A stretch of 64,000 bases of DNA. Source: Marsupella aquatica (taxonomy: Eukaryota > Plantae > Marchantiophyta). Both the position numbers and the translations under genes were made by a program. Positions 52,150 to 64,000 of the stretch are shown in pieces. Position 1 is the stretch's first letter, and each line of letters opens with the position of its first letter. The stretch covers positions 9,323,832-9,387,831 of the forward strand of contig OZ316897.1 in assembly GCA_973895155.1 (NCBI GenBank), given 5' to 3'. The notes below the pieces were generated by a model that saw only the letters and a list, made by a program, of their open reading frames with translations, was not told the DNA's origin and searched no databases.

Positions 52150-53148
52150 GTTAGGGCAATTTCATTGAAGACCAATAGGAGTACATTCATGGTAATACCA
52201 AGGATCATTCTCCATGCAAAACATTTCCCTCAGTACCTCTATGTCTATACAAATGTATTTAACATTCCATATAGTTCATGAAAAATATTACTTTGTCCAT
52301 AGTAATTGAAAGGTCTTAGAGTCCCTTGCTATTCCACTACCCATAGTAGTTACATGGTGTTTTTACCTTTGCTTGTTACTCTTGTATCCATAGTAGCCAA
52401 AGGGTTTCTTAAGGTAGCTTGGTAAATGTTAGAGAAGTTGAAAAGTTTCTTGGATTTTTTAAGTTACCTTGGTGAATGTTAGAGAAGTTTAAAAGTTTCT
52501 TGGATTCTATTACCTTGGTAAATGTTAGAGTAGTTGAAGAGTTTCTTTCTTCTTGTCATTATTTCAAATAGAAAATTGAAACAGATTACCAAAAAACATT
52601 GATATATCAATCACAACGCCCATGGAAAGCTCATTTTGTCCTCATATTTTTTAAACCAAAGGTAGAAAGAAATTCTTCAACTACTATAACATTTACCAAG
52701 GTAATATAAGAAACACAATAAACTTTTCAACTTATGTAATATCTCGTGTAACATTTACCAATGTGACTTAAGAAACCATTTGGCTACCATGGATAGAGGG
52801 GTGACAAGCCAACAAAAGAGATACCATAATTACTATCAATTATAGAGTAATACCAAGGGACTCTAAGACCATGCAACTACTATGCGGACAAAAGAATATT
52901 TTGCATGAACTATATGGAATAACAAGCAATGTAAGAAACACCATAACTACTATGGGTAGAGTAGTACCAAGACTCTAAGACCTTTCAACTACTATGGACA
53001 AACTAATATTTTACATCAACTACATGGAATGTCACATGTATTGTATAGACATACAGGTATTAATATGAAATATTTTGCATGGAGAATTACCCTCAGTATT
53101 ACCATGAATGTACTCCTATTTGTCTTCAATGAACTTGTCCTAACACTA
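52150..53148. repeat. ~1-kb imperfect foldback (long inverted repeat)
   Basis: Arm about 52150-52550 (ttcattgaagaccaataggagtacattcatggtaatac...) is the reverse complement of about 52664-53148 (...gtattaccatgaatgtactcctatttgtcttcaatgaa). Spacer about 110 bp; arms contain internal subrepeats. Confidence 0.85.
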
Positions 53149-53332
53149 GTACATTTTTGGGCCTTTATTCGATAGGATTTCCATCGGATCCCTTCAGAAA
53201 AATTGACACAAAAATTTCTGGCATCCGATGCAATACGCAACGCACTTTGCGATGCCAAAACCATTGCATATCGACCATTGGACATCCATCGGACTTTCCA
53301 TCATTTTAAGTAATGGAACTTTTGTTGTAACG

Positions 53333-56300
53333 TGTTACGGATAGTCTGTCCAATGTAAAATGAATCGGATAATTAACACGCGAGGAGGCACAAAGACTTC
53401 AGGCGTCCGATACGATTTATTGTATGTATTGCAATATGCGAAGTGTTTAGTATCGGACTTTGTGTTATTTTTAACAACGCAAATTGCGTTAGGTTTGGTA
53501 TCGGAATATCCAATGTTTTCAATATGGGAACCTTGAAAGAGGGGTCCAATGTATGGGGTAATCGGGCAGGCGCGGAAGGCTTTGGGTCGTGGACGGATAG
53601 ACGTCCTGGACGTCCCTACATGGAGGCCGTCCAAGATGTCCTCGTGTTTTTTCTCAGCCGTTGCGGGAGGCATCGGGCTGTCTTCAGTGAAAAAGGTGGA
53701 CGTCCATCACACAGGGCCGTCCAGGCCATCCTCAAAAATTCTGAAAATGGCCTTATCTTGCTGCTGTCTTGACGTCTTGCCAATGGGTATCCAAGCTGTC
53801 CCATCTTCTTAGTTGTCCTTACTCCGTTTGAACTTGGAATAACTAGCTTAAGAGGCCTTATAAATTCTAAAAATTAAAAAAATTCATGATTTCCGACACT
53901 TTAACTTGTTTTTAGGAACAATCACCATTTTACGTAGGTCCCCCCTCAAATGGCATCATGTCCTCACAAGCTTTAAGGTGGTAAGAGATAAAGCTTAACT
54001 CTTGCCGCATTAATTCTTGTGTCTAAAGGTGCGCCATCCAAGGTAGCTAATGAAATAGATCCATTTTGCCAAACTTTAATCACTTTGCAGGGGCCTATCC
54101 AATGGGTGTGGAGTTTACCTGCATCATAGATTAAGGCCAAATCACCATACTTCAATTTGTTGGGCTTTAAATTTTTATCATAAGCCTTTTTCCTCTTCAT
54201 TTGTTGAAGTAAAGTATGTTGTAAAGCAAGTAGTTACCTATCTTCTTCCAATGTTTCCAATTGGGTTAATATGCATTGCAAACTAGGTTCCTCCTCCATT
54301 CGTTCGGAAATGATTGTCCTCTCGGTTAACAACTCCATCTCAATGGGAATTAGGGCATCCAATCCATAAGGGAGATAGAACAGAGTTTTGGTGATCATGA
54401 TTTTCTCAGCTGTTTGATCTGTCCATAATGCGGAAGGTATTTTATATCCCAGTCTACTTTATGCGCAGAAACCATTTTATTCAAAATCTTGCCCATTAAT
54501 CCGTTAGCTTGTTCAGTTAGTCCATTCGCCTTGGGATTATAAGGTGTAGTCTTGCAATATTTAATTAAGTACTTTTCAGTAATTAATTCAATGGTATCAT
54601 TGAGAAAATGTAATCCACGATCACTTACAAGCTCGAGTGGGCATCCAAACCTTGTGATGATGTTTTCAAAAAGGAATGTTGTAGCAATAGCAGCATCATT
54701 CTTCCTGGTTGCCTTAACTTCAACCCACTTGGTCGCATAATCCGTAGCAAGAATTATATAACAAGTCCTTGAATATCGAGCAGGGGGTGAAATACGTCCT
54801 ATAAAGTCAATACCCCATTTTTCAAAAGGCAAAAGAGGTAAGATTGGTATAAGTGGCCACCTGGAAGTTGCTGAACATTGGCTTCCCTATTTGTTGACAA
54901 GGATCGCATCTTTTAATAAAGTTGAGAGTATCTCTATGCATAGTTGGCCACCAATAGCCAACATCCCGAATCTTCTTAACTGTGGTATTCACCGCATAAT
55001 GGCCCCTGAATCTTCAGCATGTAGGGCTGTTATAACTTTCATACTCTCCTTAGGCTCAAGACATCGCTTCAACTTCTGGTCAGGAGTTAACTTGAAGAGG
55101 GTGCCTTTAATTAAAATATAAGGTCCAATTTTTTGTAAAAATACAAGTTTCTCTTCTGCATTTGAACCTGCTGGCATCACTCCATGGGTTAACATATTCA
55201 CAATATCATAATAGATGGAAGTTTCATCCTCTATATGCCAAATTTCTTCATCGGAAAAGGAGTCTTCTAAATTAGCTTTGCTTTCCTTACTAGATAGTCT
55301 TGAAAGAAAATCTGCATTTTCATGATGTTTGCCCGGTCTTACATGGACTTCATAATCAAAATTTTACAAAAGTAAGACCCATCTCACCACCCTTCCTGAT
55401 AAATTTGCTTGGTTTACTAAATATTTCTTTACAAACAAAAATAATAGCCAATGCTTCCCTTTTAGTTACGGAATAATTTTTCTCGGGAGCACTTAGCTGT
55501 CTACTTGCATAGTAAATGGGGGGATCTTGAGCTTGCTCATCCTTCTAGCTTAAATTTGCTCCCATGCAAAGAGCTGAAGAGTCAATGAAAACATGAAAGG
55601 TTTTGGTCCAATCTGGTGGTTGAAGTATTGGTGCTTTGGTGAGTCTTGATTTCAACTCTTGGAAAGTAGATTCTCTCTCATTGGTCCAAATATACTCCAC
55701 ATCATGTTTGAGAAGTTTGGTGAGGGGCATCGCAATATCAACATACTTATGAATAAATTGTCTATAGTAGCCAACATGGCTAGGTAAGAAGGCTCGAAGT
55801 TCCTTTAAGTCCTTGGGTGGTAGTAATTCCACAATAACCTTAATTTTATTTTTGTCCACTTCAATACCTCTCTGAGATATAACATGACCCAAAAGAATTC
55901 TTTCTCTTATCCTTAATATATAACATTTTTCCGGATGTAGGGAAAGTTGTGCTTCTCTACATTTCTCAAAAGTTTTCTCTAAGCAATCAAGATGTTGTGT
56001 AAATGAGCTATAGACACAAAAATCATCTATAAAAATCTCAAGGAAATATCACAAATATTCTTGAAAGCTCACCATCATGATTTGTTGAAATGTTCCTAGT
56101 GCATTGCATAATCCAAAAGGCATAACATTGAAGGCAAAAGTTCCCCAGTCGGTAGTGAAGGTGGTCTTATCTCGATCCTCCTTCCGTATGGAAACTTGAT
56201 TGTATCTCGAATAACCATCAAGAAAACTATAGAGCTCATGTCGTGCAACTATGTCAAGGACTAAGTCAATAAATGGTAAAGAATAATGATCTTTTTGAGT

Positions 56301-59279
56301 TGTGGCATTAAGCTCTCTGAAATCTTGACAAACTCTGATTTTAGGTTTTCCATCGGGGCCAGCCTTCTTAGGCACAATTACTATAGGAGACACCCATTCA
56401 CTGCTAAGCACGGGATAAATGAATCTTGCCTCCAACAACTTGTCTAATTCTGTCTTCACCATTAAAGAATATTTTGGGTTAAGATGATATTGTCTTTGCC
56501 TTATTGGTATCGCACCTTCATTAAGGTCAATTCGATGCTCCCCAAGCCAAGGGTGTATGCCTTTAAGGTCCTTATGACTCCATGCATATACATCTTTGTA
56601 TTGTTTCAACAAATCAATGTATTTTTCTCTTAACTCACCATGGATATGCTTACCAATATTGATAAACTTCCCAGGTTCAATCTCAATCTTCTGTGCTTGC
56701 CGCGGGTCACCATACCTTTAGTCATTCGAGCTCCTTGTGGTTTCATAATTTCTTCTTCTGTAGGTGGCAACCTTGAAGTTTCTCTCTCATTGGTGGTCAC
56801 CGATTTCACAAGTCAGAACTTTGAATCTTCACTTTCTTACAGTGATAGCTGCTCACCTTCTTCATAGATTTCCATGTAATGCACATCTGAGTAATTCTGA
56901 AATGGATGAGGAGTTGTTACTAGGTTATAATCCGAGTAATCAGAAGTGTAACCATCCTCCGAAGTTGTTTCACCCAAATATGATTATGGTCCCCAACTTA
57001 TCTTAACACTTGGTTCGTCAAAAGAGAGTTCTCTTCGTTAAATAACCTTCACCCCACCCTTATAAAGCCATGGTCGATCTAGGAGTATGGGAAAGCTTGA
57101 TGGAATTTCAGGGTCTATCACCACATAATCAAGATTAAAATTAATTCATCCGATATTAGTTGGAACTTCATTGAGTTTTCCAGCTGGTATAACTCTACAT
57201 TGATCCGCCATCCTCAAAATTTTTGGGGTGTGTTCAAATTTAGTAAAACCGAGGTCAGCAGCCATTGTTTTAGTCATAAGGTTCACACTAGAACCTCCAT
57301 CTACAGGTACGTTCTTGATTGTACATCTTTCTACTTGAATATCAATTTCCGGCGGTCCTTGATCCTCCAATTCCATGCGCATTACTTCAGTAGTAGGTAA
57401 CTTAATTCTCCTTTGTCTTCCCATTAATAACTTCATAATTATTTGCGATAGGTTGGATTGTCTTGCAAGAGTTCTCCAATGGTAATGTTAGCTAGATGGT
57501 TTTTTACATCTTCTACTATGTCACAATGATTTCTTTGGACCCCATAGCAATCTTTTCAGGAGCATTAATCTCTGTTGGTGCTTCTTTAGTTGATGGAAGT
57601 TGTTCGTTACTTTTCAAATCCTTTGCCTTATCCAAAATTTCTGTAGCTAAGTAATCTCTAATCTCCTCGGAGATGTCAGGTATAAAATATTTGGGGTCAT
57701 TTTGGTCATAAGCAGGGTCTAGCCCTTTTGGTAGCCCTTCCTCAAATGGTTTTTGAGTAGCTTTGGAGGACTTCTTCTTTTTAGGCTTCTTACTAACAAG
57801 ATGTTCTTCTTCCCTTTTATGACCTTTAGATCGAGTCGTCACAAAAGTATCAAGTACCCTATTTCGGTTTTTAACCCGTGAGTTTGGTTGTCCAACTACT
57901 CATTCCTCAACCAATTCTGCTACTTCAATATCAAAAACTTTTCCAGAAAGAGGTTGTTGAAAATTGTTGGGAGACAATAGCACTTGATTCACTGTCTCTT
58001 CCATTTCCTCAAAACTAATATTACAATTATGTTCTTATATACTATACACCATCCGTACATTGGTCTCTTGCCTAGGAGGTTCCTTTACAGGTTTTTGTGC
58101 AAACCTTACCATTATCCGTGATTTAGAAAGGTTAGGACATTCTACTGGTAAATGTCTCTCCTTACCACAATTACCGCAAATTGGAGTGTATCCCTCTTCT
58201 TGACTAGGATATGGACATTGTGGGATGTAGTGTCCTGTTTGTCCGCAATTCCAACAAGTACCTCGATCTCTTGGAGCTCCTTTTGGTGAATACCCTCTTG
58301 GAGGTCCCATCGATGATCTTGGTACCGGTCTCTGTGAAGGTCCAGGTTGTGCTATAGAAAAGTATTGTGGTCATGCATTTTGGGTTTGGAGAGCATATAT
58401 ATCACTATAATCATACATATCCTCTTCTCTATAGTTAAGGTAATTTACTGCAAATTTCCCATTTGGGCACTCGTTCGGGTAATGACCATGACCATTACAT
58501 TTTGTACACCAAACATTGTGTCTTTGAATAGGTATCAGTCGTCTTGGTGGTCGTATCCCAACAATATTGACTGAAAATTTGGACAACTGACCACTTAGGG
58601 ACTCAATTACCTTATCAAGTTGTTTGGTTTTGGCAGGTACAACTACCTTTTTGACAGTTATTTGCTTTCTTGTATCTTCCTCTGAGTTTGAACTACTATT
58701 TTCTAAGATAGATTCAGAAGTGTCATCACTACTACTTGTACTACTCTCATCCTCATCAGAATCAGATGAAGATTTTCCTTTCTTCTTCTTTTTGCCTTTT
58801 TGCTTTTTCCTTCTTTCTTTCCTCAAGTCTTTCCTTACCCTACTTGGTTGAGAATCCACATAAGTTTGAGTGGTCTCTTGCGCTTCCTCAAGGGTTTTCA
58901 CTCCTTCCCTCCTAACAAACCTATTAATCGGGCCTGGTAGACCATTAATAAACCAATCTTGAATAGTATCAAGGGTAGTGTTTGGATTATATGCATCAAT
59001 TAAGTCCAATAATTTTTCATAATACTTTTTCACTGAGTCATGTTTCTTCATCCGATGTTGTGATATCTTTGCAAATGCCCTGGCTGAAGCTCCATCCTCT
59101 TGAAATTGCTTCAGGAATGCTATCTTAGTCTTGGGCCAGTAATTTTTGTCCTTAAATCTATCATACCGTTTCCTTCTGTGCGGGGGTTTTAAGTTTTCTA
59201 AAATTTTGACATACTTGAATTTTGATTTTATTGTTAGGGTCTGCCTTTTTGGAATAGTTATTGTGGTCAAGTCCACCCA
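53333..59279 (-). mobile_element. Degenerate Ty3/Gypsy (non-chromovirus, Athila/Tat-like) retrotransposon
   Basis: gag (WFINGL; CTKCNGHGHYPNEC; CWNCGQTGHYIPQC), protease VDGGSSVN, RT (LDGYSRYNQ, MPFGLCNA, IFIDDF), RNaseH, integrase (WGIDFIG, SDRG, YNPKANG, WIGP). PPT-like TTGAGGGGGG at about 53940-53949. Putative 3' LTR about 53333-53936, boundaries uncertain. Confidence 0.9.
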
Positions 59280-59929
59280 TTCGCTCGAGCATTAAGCACT
59301 GAATAAATAAATCCAACTTCTCATAATTTTTCAAGATCCTCCTTCACTATATTCAAGAATGTTTAGGATTTAATTAGCTAAAATTGTTTCTTCTTTATAG
59401 GTACATGGCTTTCACATTGGGGTCAATCTATGTTCTTCCAGCCATGTGTGAATTCCTGGCAAGTCCTTGTGGTTCTAGGCAAAAGCTCTTAAAAGTGCAT
59501 GTCAACTTCTATGCAATTGTAAACTTCAAAAGAGAATATGAATTAGTTAAAGAGTTGGACTCTCCATGAGAGAGAATTGACACAAGGATTGTGGAAATTT
59601 CCAGAATTTGTAATTTCTATTGAGAGACCTCGTACAAGGTTGTTAGTGAAACTATTTCACTTGAGAGATTTTGAGACTGAGCATGAAGAAACATCTATGT
59701 ATGATGATCTTATTTTTGAAGATAAGGATAATCTATGGGGGGAAGGATGAGAAAGTACGATGAGCAAACCCAAGACATCAAGTTAGACCTAGCTAGGAAT
59801 GTTGTTACTAAGGAAAGGTAACCATGGTTTGGTTGTCTTGTGTATATACAAGTAAAGAATTATAACATTTACCATGGATGCTTATTAGCTAGTTTTAGCT
59901 TGAGTATCACTAAGGAAGAAAAAAACATT

Positions 59930-60818
59930 GTCCTGCAAACAGTGCTTGCAGTGCATATATCTCCATAATCTAAATCATCTTCTTCCTCACCATAATTAAC
60001 AGCACGCTGTAAAGTAGGGCACTCATGGTGGTATTGTCCTTGAAAACTTTGATCTTAGGAAACTTAAGTATAGCAACATTAACAGAGAATTTATTAAACG
60101 TATTGGTCAATGAATCTATCATTTTATCCAAGCTCTTAGCTTTGTGTGGTATCGTGCTTTTTTGCATCTTCTTTTACTTATTATCTGCATCCTCAAAACT
60201 TGAGCTAGAGCACGTACTACTACTAGAACTTGAGTTAGTGCTTATACTCTCAATAGTGGGGTCTCATTGTTTTCAGCTCTTTTTCTTTCTATTTTTTTTT
60301 TTTGCCTTTCTTCAAATCCCTCTTTATTCACTTCTTTGCTTAAACTTTTGAGTCCACATATTTTTGTGCTGCATACTGTGCTTCTTCAAAGGTGGTACCA
60401 CATTCCCTTCTAACATATCTTGTAATGTGGGATGGTAGTCCATTGATGAACCAATCTTGTGTTGTAGACTTTGTTTTGTTTGGATTGTGCTTATCCACAT
60501 ACAAGTTCTAGTAATTTATGCACACACTTCCTTACTGACCCATGTTTTTTCATGGTAAGGTGGGAGATCCTTGCAAATGCCATTGCCTTAATCTCATTCA
60601 ATTCCTTGTCTTTGTTTACCCCATTCATTTTTGTCCAAAAATCTGTCATATCACTCTTGAGCATTTTTCTTCAATTAACAAGCCTCCAAATAGCTTTCTC
60701 TGCATCATGAGGCTGCCCATTTGAAGTAGTTGCAATTTCAAATTCTTTTAGAAAGGTGTCAGCATCCTCCTTTGATGTCCTTTTGAAGGTGTCATCTCGA
60801 ATATTGTTTTGAGCCATT
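59930..60818 (-). mobile_element. Second, more decayed gag of a related Gypsy family
   Basis: KSLDKMIDSLTNTFNKFSVNVA parallels KQLDKVIESLSGQLSKFSVNIV. DWFINGL is encoded at about 60436-60457, and EDADTFLKEFE near 60740-60775. Confidence 0.7.
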
Positions 60819-61149
60819 TGAATGTTTCTTACTAGAATTGGTATAAGATTTATTGTAACAGATCCATCACCTAATTGAGATTTAGTATTTAAAATTGATC
60901 TTTGGGATATTAATCATGAATTAAAAATTAGTAACTCGTGTTTGCAATACCCATATAAACTATCTCCTTGCCACCAAGTGATTGAAAACCAAAGTATGCC
61001 TTTTTTTTACTTTTGAGGCTAAACACTCAAATCATATATGCAATTTCTCATAGTTATTTCATCTTACAAATTTCATGACTAATATTTGTGTTCAAGAACA
61101 CATTTCAATTTTCATTTCAATTTTCTCCGTTGATAGTTTTTTGCCATTC

Positions 61150-64000
61150 AGGCCAATCTAGTCTGTTTTGGCATTCGAAGATGGATATTGGTTCGGGTGT
61201 CTCGTCTGTGATATGTGTTGCCACCATTAATACAAAGCATCATCTATTGAAGTAGTAGTTCTATCCCACATCGCACCGGTGTGTGCGTAGTGGATAGAGA
61301 TCTCTTCATGAGTTGTAGACTCGGTATGGTCGACATCAGGTGAAGGGGGTCTATGAACCACGCCTTCTTGGTTTATCTTTTGATCCCAAAGGTCTGACAC
61401 GTTTGGCACGAGGTTGGGATGTACTTGTTGGCTCACTTGATAATTCGATGCGAGTAGATGCTCTCGCAGCTGGAATATGTGAGCGGCTAACTTGTGATGT
61501 ATCGACAAAAATGTCGGGAAGTTCTTCCACAATCTTGTGGAGTTGTAAAATTCGTTGAACTTCTTTCTCCCCTTGATTGGTTCGAAGGTCTTGCCAAAAT
61601 GGCGAATGTCTTTCCCACTCCAAAGGTGGTTGTGGGTGTTCAGGAGTTATTAATGGTGGATAAACATGTTCATCAAAATGGCAATCTAGGAATCTGGATT
61701 TAAAAACGTCGCCAGTTGTAGGCTCCATATATCGGATTATGGACGGTGAGTCAAATCCGATGTATATCCCCAATTGTCGTTGGAGTCCCATCTTGGTTTA
61801 TTTGGGTGGAGTAATGGGGACCATTACTTGACATCCAAATGAACGAAGATGAGATAGGTCAGGTTTGATACCATTAGCAATTTGGTATGGGCTATAGGTA
61901 TTAAAAGCCGATGGGCGATATTGAATTAATGCATTAGCCTGTAATATGGCATGTCCCCATGCGGAGACGGGGAGTTTCGACTGCATTAGTAGTGGGCGTG
62001 CAATTAGCTGAAGGTATTTAATGACAGCTTCAGCTAATCCATTCTGGAAATGCACGTGGGGTACGGGATATTGTACATCGATGCCAAGTGATGTTCAAAA
62101 GTCGTCAAATGTTTCAGATGTGAATTCTCCTGCGTTGTCCACCCTTAGTGTCGTAATGGGGTGATCTGGGAATTGTGCCTTCACGCGCAAGATTTGCGCC
62201 AAGATGCGGGGCATCACCATGTTCCTCGTTGAAAGCAGGGTCACATTTGACCATTTAGTTGATGCGTCAATTAACACCATAAAGTAGCGGAAAGGTCCGC
62301 TCGGTGGGTTAATTGGCCCGCAAACATCTGCATGTATGATTTCCAAGAATTTGGGTATTCGGTTGGTAATTTTGATGCCGTGGGCCTTGTTATTAATTTG
62401 CCGCATGAACATGCAATGCATGGGGTGCTCGCTGGAATGTGGCGTGTATTGGTTGGAATGCCTCTTGAATTCTTAATGATTTTGCTTAGCATGGATTGGC
62501 CGGGGTGGCCGAGGCGTGCATGCCAAAGCGCAGGCAATTCGCTTGTTTGAGCATTGTTATGCAGGATTCAATATGAGTTACATAAAACCCGCATGGGTAC
62601 GAGAAAAGGGTTTCTTTAATGATTTTCCCCGTAGGGGTATTTTCAACCAAGTGGATGACTTCGTGGTCTCTTGTATCGCCTGTCTGGACGTGTAGTCCAT
62701 TTGCTCGTATATCTCTAAAACTAAGGAGATTATGAGTTGCATTCGGGGCAAAAATAGCAGATTCTATGTGGATTTCTGTACCCTGTGGGAGTCTAATAGA
62801 AGCTGGGCCGAAGCCCTCTTGTATTTGGCTAGGACCATTGATAGTGGTCAGGGATCTACGTGAGGGTGTGATCTTGTAAAAAAGGTGTCTATCTTGGAGG
62901 ATAGTATGCGTAGTTGCACTATCGATAATACATGTGTTGTGGCTATTTAAGTCTGGGGTTGTGGAGCTACTTGCCACTAGGTGTGCCTCGGGTTGGGCAG
63001 GTGGGTCTGAAAAGTCTTGGAATGGGTCACTAGACTCCATAAACGCCCCATAGGTTTACGGGGTGGTGCCCTAGAGGTTTGTCCATCCTTTAGGGATCGT
63101 TGATATAGTTATCTAAGGTGTTGCGGGATTCTATAGTTTCTCGCTAGGTGGTTTGTCATGCCACATTCATGGCATTTCGGGCATTCCCATTGTTGTCGGG
63201 ATTTGACCAATCATTTTTGCGGTTGTTGTTATATGTTCTTCCACCGCCGCGTCCACCACGTCCGCCACGTCCTCCACGTCCACCACGTCCTTCTCGTCCT
63301 TTAAAGGTCCGTTGGGAGTTATATTGTGGATGTTGGTTATAGAAACTCCCCCTGTTGTGGGTGTTTCTCCGGTTGCCATTCTTAGTGCGCTTAAGGTCAA
63401 TTGCAAGCTTGAGGGGGGCAAAAAGGATCTCCAATTTCTCCACCAAAAGGATTCCAGTCCTTCCCAATTTACAAGGGGTGGACAAGGTGTTACACCAAAT
63501 GACTAGGATTAGTTTGTTGAGATTGGATGGTGAGATCTTGCATGCCAAGTCTTTGGAAGTGTGTCCAGGCTTTTAGGAAGTCTCAATCTTCCTGGAAGTG
63601 TGCACAACAATTTTGGAAGTGTGTCCAACCTTTATGGAAGTGGTGTTCAACTAAATCTTTATGATCTTTGAGTCTTTTTTCTCTCCTTTTTGAGCTAATC
63701 TTTTTTGCGTCCTTTTGCCCCCCTCAATCTTGCAATTGACTTTAATGCCCTGCCTCGATGTGGAGGGTTCAGCATTTTCTATATTATGGGTTTCATTTTG
63801 TGGTCCTGAGGGCAGTGTGCCCGCAGGGCGTTTTCTAGAGTTTACTAAAAGAAGCTCTTGGTTTCTTTCTATGACTAGGAGGTGGGCGATGAGCTCGGAG
63901 TATTGCCCGAACTTCATGTTCCGGTATTGTGTTGATAGTAACACGTTCTATGAGTGAAACGTGGACAAGGTCTTTTCTAGCAGATCCTTATCAATGACTG
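61150..64000 (-). mobile_element. Ty1/Copia (Bianca-like) gag-protease-integrase; RT/RNaseH lost; 5' part runs off the window
   Basis: QYRNMKFGQYSELIAHLL, CIIDSATTHTIL, LWHARLGHPG, IHADVCGPINPPSGPFRYFMVLIDASTKWS, LRVDNAGEFTS, QNGLAE, GIYIGFDSPSII. Ends at the EP...W RT-start motif near 61150-61200. Confidence 0.9.
63395..63741. mobile_element. MITE family B (347 bp, ~30-bp TIRs, TTAA TSD; Kolobok-like signature)
   Basis: Left end ggtcaattgcaagcttgaggggggcaaaaagga; right end reverse complement agtcaattgcaagattgaggggggcaaaagga. TTAA at 63391-63394 and 63742-63745. Excision restores the gag frame EPSTSRQGI-KRTKNGNRR. Confidence 0.88.

Overview
Eukaryotic, transposon-dense DNA of land-plant type; the element families suggest a non-seed plant such as a liverwort or moss, but that is inference. 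Only one clearly intact host gene is present: a 5-exon DUF220/SRPBCC-family gene on the minus strand (about 47.3-49.1 kb). The first 13.3 kb hold a decayed rolling-circle transposon (HUH Rep plus Pif1 helicase, with Helitron2/Helentron-type Rep motifs) followed by a small spliced ORF. On the opposite strand lie an RPA1-C-like OB-fold exon, an array of palindromic 21-bp repeats, and a 3-exon coiled-coil/RING-H2 gene with one premature stop. Further along are two copies of an 8-bp-TSD MITE, a second Helitron 5' fragment, and a full-length L1-type LINE with a 17-bp TSD inside an old Copia. These are followed by a nearly complete Copia with both LTRs, a ~1 kb foldback, a degenerate non-chromovirus Gypsy, and a Bianca-like Copia whose gag is split by a TTAA-TSD (Kolobok-like) MITE. 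All calls come from motif recognition by eye; no database search was run.
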